A DNA stretch of 64,000 nt from an uncultured Lachnospiraceae bacterium (GTDB lineage: Bacteria; Bacillota; Clostridia; Lachnospirales; Lachnospiraceae): NCBI GenBank assembly GCA_964458255.1, contig CAYWHY010000001.1, positions 14,066 through 78,065 on the forward strand, given 5' to 3'. Made by a program: the position numbers and the translations under genes. Below, piece after piece: positions 55,079 through 64,000 of the stretch (positions are counted from its first letter, which is position 1; every line of letters begins with the position of its first letter). The notes below the pieces were generated by a model that worked only from the letters and a program-made list of their open reading frames with translations, was not told the DNA's origin and made no database searches.

Positions 55079-56577
55079 GGAATATTGCCTTTGGCCAGAT
55101 GGGAAACTTAATAACCCAGCTTTTGGGCTTTGTACTGCGTACTGTATTTATCAGTCATTTGGGAGATACCCTAAATGGTGTCAACGATCTTTATACAGGG
55201 ATACTTTCCGTGCTCTCCATGGCGGAGTTGGGAGTCGGGACAGCGTTGAATTACAGCCTGTATAAGCCGGTGGCGGAAAAGGACTATGAAAAGATTAAAT
55301 CCTATATGCAGCTTTACAAAAAAGCATATCGGGTAATCGGGCTGGTCATTGCAGTAATTGGTCTTGCCATTTCGCCATTTTTGCCTTATCTGGTAAAACA
55401 GCCGGAAGGAGTAGGTTTAAAAGACCTTACCCTATACTATTTTATTTTTCTGTTTAACACGGTAAGCAGCTATTTTGTGGCATACAAATACAGCCTGGTC
55501 AATGCCGAGCAGAAAAATTATATTCAGACAAATATCATTACGGTAACAAAAATGATTACCGTAAGTTTGCAGATAGTGGTGATACTTACCACAGGAAGCT
55601 TCTATGCCTATCTGCTTACGGCAGCCGCCATAGAGCTTTTGCAGAAGATTTTTGTCAGCACTTATTTGAACAAACGCTATCCTTATCTTAAAGAATCCGA
55701 TGTTAAGCCGCTTACAAAGGAAGAAACGGGAGAAATTGTAAACAAGACAAAAGCGCTCGTTTTTCACAAGGTGGGGGACGTGGCACGTCTTCAGACAGAC
55801 AGTATGATTATTTCAGCATTTATCAACGTTACGCTGGTCGGCTTTGTGGGAAACTATAATATGGTCCTTAACTCTGCGGCAAACGTGGTAAACATCATTT
55901 TTAATTCGGTGCTTTCAAGCTTCGGAAATCTGATTGCCACGGAATCTAAAGAAAAGCAGTACCGGATGTTTAAGGTATACCGTTTTGCAGCCTGTTGGAT
56001 TTACGGATTTTCCGCGGTTGGCTTTGCCCTGCTTTTAACCCCCTTTGTATGGCTCTGGCAGGGAGAAGAAAAGACGCTTGCCTTTGGAGTAGTTGGCGCC
56101 GTCCTTCTGGACTATTATTTTAAAGGGGACAGAATCGTACTTTCCAATTTCAAAACGGCAGCAGGCGTGTTTGAACAGGATAAATATTTAGCCCTGATAC
56201 AGGGTGTGGTTAACCTCGTTATTTCCATTGTGCTGGTACAGGAAATCGGACTTCTTGGCGTTTATATCGGCACGATTATTTCGGGACTGATTGCCAATAT
56301 AACGAAACCCGTCATTATATACAGGGTCATATTGCAAAAACCGGTAAAAGGTTATTTCTTTGATTCAATCAGATATCTGGCAGTGCTTTTGGTGCTGTTT
56401 GGTATCCTTTCGGGAGTTAAGCAGTTTGTAATGCAGGAAATCACGATAGGCTCCTTTGTGATTATGTTTGTAATTACTTCTGCTGTGTTTAATTTGGTTT
56501 TCCTTCTTTTGTTCGGCAGAACGGAGGAGTTTGGATATTTGTGGGGAATTGTAAAAGGGAAGATAAAAAGAAGATAA
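55054..56577 (+). CDS. Wzx-type polysaccharide flippase (MOP superfamily)
   Basis: About 12-14 TMs; LSMAELGVGTA..YSLYKP, QTDSMIIS, SFGNLIA. Confidence 0.85.
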   Translation: MGRVQSAVRNIAFGQMGNLITQLLGFVLRTVFISHLGDTLNGVNDLYTGILSVLSMAELGVGTALNYSLYKPVAEKDYEKIKSYMQLYKKAYRVIGLVIAVIGLAISPFLPYLVKQPEGVGLKDLTLYYFIFLFNTVSSYFVAYKYSLVNAEQKNYIQTNIITVTKMITVSLQIVVILTTGSFYAYLLTAAAIELLQKIFVSTYLNKRYPYLKESDVKPLTKEETGEIVNKTKALVFHKVGDVARLQTDSMIISAFINVTLVGFVGNYNMVLNSAANVVNIIFNSVLSSFGNLIATESKEKQYRMFKVYRFAACWIYGFSAVGFALLLTPFVWLWQGEEKTLAFGVVGAVLLDYYFKGDRIVLSNFKTAAGVFEQDKYLALIQGVVNLVISIVLVQEIGLLGVYIGTIISGLIANITKPVIIYRVILQKPVKGYFFDSIRYLAVLLVLFGILSGVKQFVMQEITIGSFVIMFVITSAVFNLVFLLLFGRTEEFGYLWGIVKGKIKRR

Positions 56578-56633
56578 AAAGAAGATAGGAATAGCATCAT
56601 AAATGAAGCTAAGTAAGAAGGAGGGAGTTAAGC

Positions 56634-57695
56634 ATGCTTGAAATGGTTAAAGAAGCTGAATATGAGCTTTTGAAATATCCTGAAAGAGGCATGGGATATC
56701 ATCTGAAACGTGTTTTGCAGATACTTGCCGGAAAAAAAGCAGAGCCGCTTGATAAAATCAACTGGCCGAACGGTCTTCTTGCGAAGAGCCTTGCGGATTA
56801 TTATATGGGACATAAGAACTCTGAGGAAGCAAGAGTGATTTTGGATGTTTTGAAAAAGTACTATGACAGATGGATTCGCAGCAATCACAAAATGTATTAT
56901 TTAGATGATGCCTTCAGCGGTATGGCACTTATTGATCTGCATCAGATTACGGGAGAAGAAAAATACAAAAAAGCGGCAGATGCCATGGTAAAGTATCTGC
57001 TTCATCATGAGACGGACGAAGCAGGTAGCCTTCCGTACAGACCTAAACAGGGAAATAATTACATATTTGCAGACGGCATTGGTTTAATTTGCCCCTTCCT
57101 TTGCAAATATGGTCACACATATGGTAATAGAAATACCATTAATCTGGCAGTGACGCAAATCCAAAACTTTATTGATTTTGGTATGGATGAAAAAACAGGA
57201 CTTCCTTACCATGGTTATCATTATGAAAGTGGTGTGAAATATGGTATTATCGGATGGGGAAGGGCAGTCGGATGGCTTATGATTGGTATGGCAGAGTGTC
57301 TTGCTTATATTGAGCCTGCCTGCCCCGGCTATGAACCCATTAAACAGGCCTACAGACGTATGGTGGATAAAGTGGAGGCTTATCAGCTGGAAGGTGGTCT
57401 TTACAGCTGGCAGCTTGGTGCTAAGGATGGCCCTGTAGATACCTCGGCAACAGCCATGATTTTATATGCGATTGCAAGATCCTTAGATACAAAGGTGCTT
57501 ATCGGAATTCATAAATCGCGAATGGTAAGAGGGCGTGAAGCTTTGTGGAATTCGGTTAAAGACGGAAAGATTTACGGTTGTCTTGCAGAATGTCAGGGCT
57601 TTTGTATGTATCCTCAGGTTTATGGGGCTTATCCGTGGTCGTTAGGACCGGCATTGTCGTTGTTTACAATTACTTCTGAAGGAGAGAAAAGGTGA
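56634..57695 (+). CDS. GH105/GH88-family unsaturated uronyl hydrolase-like protein
   Basis: NWPNGLL, LDD, FADGIGLICPFL, TGLPYHGY, WGRAVGW, DTSATAM: (alpha/alpha)6 YteR-like motifs. Confidence 0.75.
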   Translation: MLEMVKEAEYELLKYPERGMGYHLKRVLQILAGKKAEPLDKINWPNGLLAKSLADYYMGHKNSEEARVILDVLKKYYDRWIRSNHKMYYLDDAFSGMALIDLHQITGEEKYKKAADAMVKYLLHHETDEAGSLPYRPKQGNNYIFADGIGLICPFLCKYGHTYGNRNTINLAVTQIQNFIDFGMDEKTGLPYHGYHYESGVKYGIIGWGRAVGWLMIGMAECLAYIEPACPGYEPIKQAYRRMVDKVEAYQLEGGLYSWQLGAKDGPVDTSATAMILYAIARSLDTKVLIGIHKSRMVRGREALWNSVKDGKIYGCLAECQGFCMYPQVYGAYPWSLGPALSLFTITSEGEKR

Positions 57696-59227
57696 AATTT
57701 GATATGATATTAAAGAAGATAACATATAGAAAAATAGCAGTTATTTTGTTGGTTTTGTTTATTGTTATGTTGTTGCCGATTTGTTATTGCTCGTTTTTTG
57801 ATTATGCAAATGGAGATGACTTGTGGGAAGGTGCAGTTGCCTATAGAGTATTGGCAAACGGTGGAACATTGAAAGAATTTTTTACAGCAATATTTGAATG
57901 GGCAAAAGTGGATTATTTGGGGTGGGAAGGTAATTGGTCTTCTATTATTTTATGGTGTATCCCGCCCAATATCTGGGGGGAAAAGGTTTATTGCATCACG
58001 CCGTGGATTGCCTTGCTTCATTTATGCGGTGGCACAATGTGTTTTTTATTTTATTATCTAAAAAAATATCTGAATGGTGAATTTGTTTATCGGGCAATAG
58101 TTTCGCTTTTGGCGTGTTTCTTTATTATACAGTATATGCCGAGCGTAAAAAACGGAGTCTTTTGGTATACAGGTATGATTAATTACATGGTTCCGTTTGG
58201 TTTGTGCTTGTGTGCATTTGTATGGATTGATAAATTTATTGAGATAGGGAAAAAACGGCATCTGATTTTTACATCAATCATTTTTACTTATTTGGGAGGA
58301 GCAGGTTATACACCCATAGTATTGGCTTTTGAGGTGATGTTTTTATTTATTTTACTCCATATGCTCAAGAGTAAATCAAAAAGGAACAGAGTATATTGGC
58401 TGTTATTGCCGTTTATATTGTTGATAGTGGGATTTGTTTTCAGTGCTATGTCTCCGGGGAATGCTGTCAGAGGCGGAGACAGTTATTATTTTGATGTAAC
58501 AAGAATTTTCACGACGATTTTTGAATGTATTAGACAGGGATGTATCGGTGCGGTTAACTGGTTTATTACAGTGCGACCGTTAGTGCTGATGGTGCCGTTA
58601 TTAGTAATTGCAACATGGGAACAAATAGATATAACAAAGACAAAACTGGAGTTTAAACATCCTGTTTTTGTATGTGTTATGCTGTTTTTGATTTCCTGTT
58701 CCACATATGCTCCGGAAATATATTCACAATCTTCTGTGTCAGGTGGTGTGCCGAATACCATTTTCTTTATATTTTTACTTACATGTATGGTGGGGATTAT
58801 TTATTTAACATGTTATATGAAGAGCGTTTATGTTAATAAGAAGGGAAAATTTATTACCGAAAACTTGTTAGGAAATTTGCGGGCATTTATTGTTGTCAGC
58901 GAGATTCTCTTTTGTATTATAGCAGGTCGATTTTTGGTTAGTAATATGTCAGCTTATATATGCTATGATTTTGTTAGAACGGGGCAACTACGTGATTTTG
59001 AATTTCAAATGCAGGAACGACTTGAAATATTGCATAATCCGGAGATAAAAAATGCTGTTTTGCCTGAAATGAATAATGAGCAGGGTCCCTTTATGCATAT
59101 GGCATTGCTGGCAGATCCTGAAACATATACAAACCAAGCTACGGCCAGGTATTACGGAAAAGAGTCGGTAATTGCGATTCCGAGATGGGAGTATTATGAA
59201 TTATATGGATATCCGGAGGAAAAATAA
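57692..59227 (+). CDS. DUF6056-like polytopic membrane protein (GT-C-like)
   Basis: ANGDD acidic loop after TM1, WEGNWS, FWYTGMINY, SPGNAVRG; about 11 TMs; AT-rich. Confidence 0.6.
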   Translation: MKFDMILKKITYRKIAVILLVLFIVMLLPICYCSFFDYANGDDLWEGAVAYRVLANGGTLKEFFTAIFEWAKVDYLGWEGNWSSIILWCIPPNIWGEKVYCITPWIALLHLCGGTMCFLFYYLKKYLNGEFVYRAIVSLLACFFIIQYMPSVKNGVFWYTGMINYMVPFGLCLCAFVWIDKFIEIGKKRHLIFTSIIFTYLGGAGYTPIVLAFEVMFLFILLHMLKSKSKRNRVYWLLLPFILLIVGFVFSAMSPGNAVRGGDSYYFDVTRIFTTIFECIRQGCIGAVNWFITVRPLVLMVPLLVIATWEQIDITKTKLEFKHPVFVCVMLFLISCSTYAPEIYSQSSVSGGVPNTIFFIFLLTCMVGIIYLTCYMKSVYVNKKGKFITENLLGNLRAFIVVSEILFCIIAGRFLVSNMSAYICYDFVRTGQLRDFEFQMQERLEILHNPEIKNAVLPEMNNEQGPFMHMALLADPETYTNQATARYYGKESVIAIPRWEYYELYGYPEEK

Positions 59228-60156
59228 TGGTAATTATTCAAGTGGCAGGCGGACTTGGAAATCAGCTTCAGCAGTATGCATTGTATCGGAAATTTGTAAG
59301 TATGGGTGTGGAGGCAAGGCTGGATGTTTCATGGTTTGATAAAGTTCAAATGATGGAAAAAGAGAGGACAAAAGGGAAGAGCGAAACAGCCGTTGTTACC
59401 AAGCGTGAACTGGAACTGAGACATTTTGACAGACTTGCATTTGAAACATGCAGAAAAGAGGACAAAGAAAAGCTGATTGGTTCTGACGGTATGACAGGAA
59501 AAATCCGCAGGAATTGCTTTCCGTTTACGGTACATTGGTTTCATGAAAGTAAAATGTATCATCCGGAAATTTTAGAATTTGACAACATGTACCTTTCGGG
59601 ATATTTTGCCTGTGAAAAGTATTACGTCGATATTTTGTATGATCTTCGCGAAAAAATACGGTTTCCGAAAAGCAGTAATCCTTTAAATGAACAAATGGCG
59701 CAAAAGATGAAGAGCTGTCAAGCGGTCAGCGTGCATATCCGCAGAGGTGATTATCTGAAGCCGGAAAATGCAGCCATGTTTGGAAATATCTGTACGGATG
59801 CGTATTATGAAAAAGCGATGGAAATAGTCAGGCAGCAGGTGCCCGATGCACATTTTTATATCTTTTCCGATGATGTTTCTTATGCACAAAAAAAGTATAT
59901 CGGGGAAGAATATACCATAGTGGATATTAATCACGGAAGAGACAGCTTTTACGATATGTGGCTGATGAGCCTGTGTAAGCATAATATTTGTGCGAACTCC
60001 ACCTTCAGTTTCTGGGGAGCAAGACTTAACGGTAATGAAGAAAAAATTATGATTCGTCCTACTGTTCACAAAAATTCTCAGGTGTTTGTGAAGGAAGAGA
60101 TGGAAGATTTGTGGCAGGGATGGCGCTTTGTCAGTCCGGAAGGAAAAGAAGTATAA
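59227..60156 (+). CDS. GT11 alpha-1,2-fucosyltransferase-like protein
   Basis: GGLGNQLQQYA, GYFACEKY, HIRRGDY, FSDD, NSTFSFWGA. Confidence 0.9.
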   Translation: MVIIQVAGGLGNQLQQYALYRKFVSMGVEARLDVSWFDKVQMMEKERTKGKSETAVVTKRELELRHFDRLAFETCRKEDKEKLIGSDGMTGKIRRNCFPFTVHWFHESKMYHPEILEFDNMYLSGYFACEKYYVDILYDLREKIRFPKSSNPLNEQMAQKMKSCQAVSVHIRRGDYLKPENAAMFGNICTDAYYEKAMEIVRQQVPDAHFYIFSDDVSYAQKKYIGEEYTIVDINHGRDSFYDMWLMSLCKHNICANSTFSFWGARLNGNEEKIMIRPTVHKNSQVFVKEEMEDLWQGWRFVSPEGKEV

Positions 60157-60188
60157 GCAGAAGAAAAAGGTAATGCGATTGGAGCACT

Positions 60189-61364
60189 ATGAATAGAGAT
60201 AAAGAAATTCTTTCAAAAATTGCATATTACAGCTTTTATCTGGCAGTTATCGCAGAGGTTCTGATAGTACTTGTTGATAAAAGTGCTTATACGAATCCCA
60301 TAGAGGGAAGATTGTTTCAGATTACGTTTCTTTTGTTTTTTATAAAGACATGTTTGACAAAATATTCCAAGAAAGAATATTTGACCATTGCATTGTTTCT
60401 TTTGCTTGGGGCGGTTTCTTACTTTGTAACGGAAAGAAATGAAATTGTCAGAATAGTGATGTTTGTGGCAGCCTGTAAGGACATCGATATGAAAAAATGC
60501 CTGAAAATGGTATTCTATATGACACTTACAGGGTGTGTGGCGATTATTTTACTGTCGATTGTGGGAATCGGCGGTGCTGTTTCCCTGACACAGGATTACG
60601 GCAGAGGCAGTGTGGAAACAAGATATACGCTTGGAATGGGACATCCTAATGCACTACAGTGTATGGTTTGGGCACTTACGGTGCTGGGACTGTATTTGTA
60701 CGGAGAAAAATTGCGTTGGTACAGCTATTTGTGCTTACTTGCAGTAAATCTGTTTTTCTTTTTGCTGACAGACTCTAAAACAGGTATGCTGGTTGCTCTA
60801 TTCTCGATTTTTTATGCGGGAATCATGCGCTTTGTTAAAAGTGATAAAATAAAAAAATATTTCAGTGTGGCAGGTCTTTTGGCAACGGTGGGAAGTATTG
60901 TGCTGTCTGTGGTAGCGGCGGCAAGTGCCCATCATGTTTATAATTATGACTGGAGCATTGATCGAGGCCAGGTACCTGCCTTTTTTAAAAAACTTGACCT
61001 GCTTTTGACAGGAAGAATGCGAACACTGACGGAAAATGACGGATGGGAAGGAACCATTCGGACATGGAGCCTTTTCTCAGAGCCTGATAATATTTATTAT
61101 TTTGATATGGGATGGGTCCGGTTGTTTTACTGGTACGGCATCATTCCGGCATGTATTGGAATTGCTGCATTGCTGATTGTGACCATATATTGTATCAGAA
61201 AGAAAAAATATGCAGAAATTGTTATGATAACGGCATTCTCCGTGTATACCCTGATAGAAGCACATGCAGTGTCGGTATATATTGCGAGGAATTATGTGTT
61301 GTTTCTGATAGGGGCTCTTTGGACCGGAGTGCTCTTAGGGGACAGCAGGAAAGAGGAAAACTAA
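60189..61364 (+). CDS. Wzy-like polysaccharide polymerase / membrane protein
   Basis: About 11 TMs; RYTLGMGHPN, TDSKTG, LTGR, DMGWVRL..YG. Confidence 0.65.
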   Translation: MNRDKEILSKIAYYSFYLAVIAEVLIVLVDKSAYTNPIEGRLFQITFLLFFIKTCLTKYSKKEYLTIALFLLLGAVSYFVTERNEIVRIVMFVAACKDIDMKKCLKMVFYMTLTGCVAIILLSIVGIGGAVSLTQDYGRGSVETRYTLGMGHPNALQCMVWALTVLGLYLYGEKLRWYSYLCLLAVNLFFFLLTDSKTGMLVALFSIFYAGIMRFVKSDKIKKYFSVAGLLATVGSIVLSVVAAASAHHVYNYDWSIDRGQVPAFFKKLDLLLTGRMRTLTENDGWEGTIRTWSLFSEPDNIYYFDMGWVRLFYWYGIIPACIGIAALLIVTIYCIRKKKYAEIVMITAFSVYTLIEAHAVSVYIARNYVLFLIGALWTGVLLGDSRKEEN

Positions 61365-61367
61365 TTT

Positions 61368-62933
61368 ATGATAAAGAAATATTCAGAAGAATATACCATT
61401 CAATTATCAGAACTGTGTTTTTATATATTTTTCTGTTCCCTGCTTTTTGCAAAGGGAATCGGTTTGTATGACGGACGGCTGTGGTTTAAGCTGTTTTTGG
61501 TAATTGCACTGGCAGGCTGGGGAGGCAAAATGCTTCTTACGGAATATACAGTGCGTGAGCTGTTTTGGGGTCTTGTCCCGGTAATATTGGGTGGTATTAT
61601 TTATTTAAATACAGGTGAAAAAGGTGCACTTTTCTGTACCCTGCTGATTAGCGGAATGAAAGGAATTAAGCTCAGAAGAACTTTTAAAATAGGATTAGTT
61701 ACCTGGCTGTTATCCTTTGGCAGTTTGTTTTTCTTAACAGCCTTTCATGTCATTGACAGTCACTTTAAGGTTCATGATAAATTGGGGCTCGGAAGAATTA
61801 TCAGATGGAGTCTCGGATATGCACATCCGAACGTGCTTCACATTTCTTATTTGGTGATGGTTTGCTTTGTCGTCTATTTGCTTGGAAATAAGTTTAAATT
61901 CCGGTGGTTTCTGGTTTTGGAAGCAGTGAATGTATATGTTTTCATGTATTCCTTAAGTTCTACCGGATTTATTGCCGTTACCTTATGTCTGGTGCTGGCA
62001 TTATATTGGAGTTTTCGCAAAAGCTTTTGTAAGGCTGAGCAGATTCTCGTACAGTTTTGTCTGCCCCTTTGTATATTGTTGTCGCTGGTAGCCCCGTTAG
62101 CGCTGAAAGGACCTGTATTCAGTATTGTGAATAAGATTGTGAATACCCGGTTGATTCTTTCACAGTGGTTTTTACAAAATCAGCCTGCACAGCTTTTGGG
62201 AGTGGATACAAGGGGACTGGTAACCTCTATACGAACCATGGACAATTCTTACGTATTTGCGTACATCACAAATGGAATTATATTCTTTGTTTTTATGATG
62301 GCAGCATACTTTGTATTAATTTACCAAAAAAGTATGAAACAGGATGGCATTGCATTATGCCTGATTCTTTCCTGTCTGGTTGCAGGTATTACAGAGCCTT
62401 TTCTGTTTAATACATCTTTTAAGAATATTTCCCTTCTCTTTGTCGGGGAAATGCTTTTTGCAGATGAAGCAAAGGGAAAAGCAGTAGTGCCTTTACTGGG
62501 GAAATATGATAAAGAACTTTCACTTAAGCTTCCCGATGTGAAAAGAATTTTGGCGGAAAGTATTAAAAATTCAGTAAAATATCGGAAACAATTGCTTGCC
62601 GTAGCTTTGGTAACAGGTGTGGCGGCAGCAGGCTTTGGTTATTTCGCAACCAAAGAACCAAAGCGTTATATTATGCCGAGAACGGCATTTGAATATACAG
62701 ACGATATTGAAGAAACCTATTATCTTTCATCAGAGGAAGATATTCCTCAGACGGGAGACCTTGTGATGGGATACGTAGATAAAAAAACAGACATGGTACC
62801 TTTTACAGGAAATATTACAATGGTGGAACGCTTTAGAAATACAGTTTCCGGTGGTATGGTGACAATATTTCTTGTTTATATGGTGGGAAGCTTATGGCTT
62901 TGGAAAAAGGATGGAATGAAACAGACGGAGTAA
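61368..62933 (+). CDS. Wzy-like polysaccharide polymerase with a C-terminal extension
   Basis: RWSLGYAHPN, SSTG, NTR, MDNSY...NG; an extra TM-loop-TM at the C-terminus. Confidence 0.6.
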   Translation: MIKKYSEEYTIQLSELCFYIFFCSLLFAKGIGLYDGRLWFKLFLVIALAGWGGKMLLTEYTVRELFWGLVPVILGGIIYLNTGEKGALFCTLLISGMKGIKLRRTFKIGLVTWLLSFGSLFFLTAFHVIDSHFKVHDKLGLGRIIRWSLGYAHPNVLHISYLVMVCFVVYLLGNKFKFRWFLVLEAVNVYVFMYSLSSTGFIAVTLCLVLALYWSFRKSFCKAEQILVQFCLPLCILLSLVAPLALKGPVFSIVNKIVNTRLILSQWFLQNQPAQLLGVDTRGLVTSIRTMDNSYVFAYITNGIIFFVFMMAAYFVLIYQKSMKQDGIALCLILSCLVAGITEPFLFNTSFKNISLLFVGEMLFADEAKGKAVVPLLGKYDKELSLKLPDVKRILAESIKNSVKYRKQLLAVALVTGVAAAGFGYFATKEPKRYIMPRTAFEYTDDIEETYYLSSEEDIPQTGDLVMGYVDKKTDMVPFTGNITMVERFRNTVSGGMVTIFLVYMVGSLWLWKKDGMKQTE

Positions 62934-62938
62934 TCGAC

Positions 62939-64000
62939 ATGAACCAAAAGTTACGTTACTGCAGAATCTTAAATACGAATATCAATGTTACAAACATGAA
63001 GGAAACCGTGGAGTACCTTTCCACAAATTTGGACGAGCTTCGTGGAAATTACATTTGCGTTTCCAATGTGCACACAACAGTCATGTCTTATCGCGACAAA
63101 AAATATAATGAGGTTCAAAATGGCGGTGCCATGGCACTTCCTGACGGAAAGCCTTTATCGATTGTGTGCAGAATGCGTGGATTTTATGATGCGGGAAGAG
63201 TTCCGGGACCTGATCTTATGCCGGAGATTTTCAAGTTATCCAAGGAGAAAAATTATCGGCATTATTTTTACGGAAGCACACCGGAAACACTGGAAAAATT
63301 GAAAGAAAAGTTATTGGAAAGATATCCGTGGCTTATCATAGCAGGCATGTATTCGCCTCCCTTCAGACCTCTCACAGAAGAGGAGGATGCAGAGATTATT
63401 AAAACAATCAATGAAACGAAACCTGATTTTATCTGGGTAGCTCTTGGTGCACCCAAGCAGGAAATCTGGATGCATGAGCATCAAAATAAATTAAACGGAA
63501 TTATGCTGGGTGTAGGAGCGGCATTTGACTTTTCGGCGGGAACGGTAAAAAGAGCGCCTGACTGGGTGCAGGAGATGTGCTTAGAATGGCTTTATCGGCT
63601 TTCACAGAACCCCAAGAGAATGTTTTCGAGATATCTGACTACTAACAGTTCCTTTTTATTCCATGTTTTTATGGAAAATCAGCGTTATAAAAAAGAAAAT
63701 AAATATAAAAAGATAGCGATGATTGGACATAAAAGAATTCCATCAAGGGAAGGCGGCGTGGAAATTGTTGTGGATGAGCTTTCCACAAGGCTGGTGCAAA
63801 AAGGCTATCATGTGGATGCTTATAACCGCTCCGGCTATCATGTATCCGGCAAGGAGTTTGATGAAAAGAGAGGGAAGGTTTATAACGGAATTCGTCTGTT
63901 TACCGTTCCGACCTTTAAAAGCAGCAAGTTAAATGCGATTGTGTATTCCTTTCTTGCCACTATTCGTGCATTATTCGGTGGCTATGGAATCATACATTAT
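62939..64000 (+). CDS. WecB/TagA/CpsF (GT26) glycosyltransferase fused to a GT4 domain (runs off the right edge)
   Basis: Not in the ORF track. Manual translation from ATG 62939 gives NVHT, PDGKPL, RVPGPDLM, YSPPFR, VALGAPKQE, GVGAAFDF, KRAP, LEWLYRL, continuing in frame into KIAMIGHKRIPSREGGVEIVV. Confidence 0.88.
   Translation, partial: MNQKLRYCRILNTNINVTNMKETVEYLSTNLDELRGNYICVSNVHTTVMSYRDKKYNEVQNGGAMALPDGKPLSIVCRMRGFYDAGRVPGPDLMPEIFKLSKEKNYRHYFYGSTPETLEKLKEKLLERYPWLIIAGMYSPPFRPLTEEEDAEIIKTINETKPDFIWVALGAPKQEIWMHEHQNKLNGIMLGVGAAFDFSAGTVKRAPDWVQEMCLEWLYRLSQNPKRMFSRYLTTNSSFLFHVFMENQRYKKENKYKKIAMIGHKRIPSREGGVEIVVDELSTRLVQKGYHVDAYNRSGYHVSGKEFDEKRGKVYNGIRLFTVPTFKSSKLNAIVYSFLATIRALFGGYGIIHY

Noticed and set aside
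14590-59900. Homopolymer runs (A7-A8 near 14592, 20595, 35604 and 59888; G6 near 57975) as phase-variation tracts
   Set aside because: They are short, expected in Lys-rich AT-biased coding sequence, and all reading frames are intact.
1-64000. Mobile elements, tRNA/rRNA genes, intrinsic terminators
   Set aside because: No transposase, integrase or RNA gene signatures were seen, and no clear hairpin plus U-tract was found in the short intergenic gaps.

Overview
This 64-kb window is almost entirely one very large cell-surface glycan biosynthesis region. The host is probably a Bacillota (Clostridia, Lachnospiraceae-like) bacterium; this is inferred from gene content, codon style, GGAG/AGGA RBSs and sigmaA-type promoters. 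About 50 CDS are present, mostly on the + strand and tightly coupled. From left to right: (1) a minus-strand nonulosonic acid (pseudaminic-type) block, pseF - LysA-like decarboxylase - pseI; (2) a structured repeat and divergent promoter region, then a sialyltransferase-like GT, a CotH kinase and two B12 genes; (3) an operon with a PglK-like ABC flippase, an acyltransferase, WecE, a GNAT, a GtrB-like GT2 and three GT-C-like membrane proteins; (4) an operon led by a WaaL/O-OTase-like protein with PglF/PglE/PglC-like genes, a second LysA-like decarboxylase plus an ATP-grasp ligase, a UDP-HexNAcA dehydrogenase and epimerase, two AsnB-type amidotransferases, GT4s and GT11s; (5) an inverted MBOAT/SGNH-like pair; (6) a final operon with a second ABC flippase, GT11/DUF5672/GT17, a WcaJ-type priming transferase, GT2/GT4s, a pyruvyltransferase, Wzx, GH105, two Wzy-like proteins and a GT26-GT4 fusion running off the right edge. 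No rRNA, tRNA, CRISPR array or transposase was seen. The most interesting signals are the duplicated decarboxylase (with or without ATP-grasp) module embedded in amino-sugar pathways, a pgl-like en-bloc glycosylation system in an apparent monoderm, and a compact GNRA/GCGAAAGC-hairpin repeat element over the divergent promoters at about 2270-2575. All family calls come from motif recognition by eye; no searches were run.
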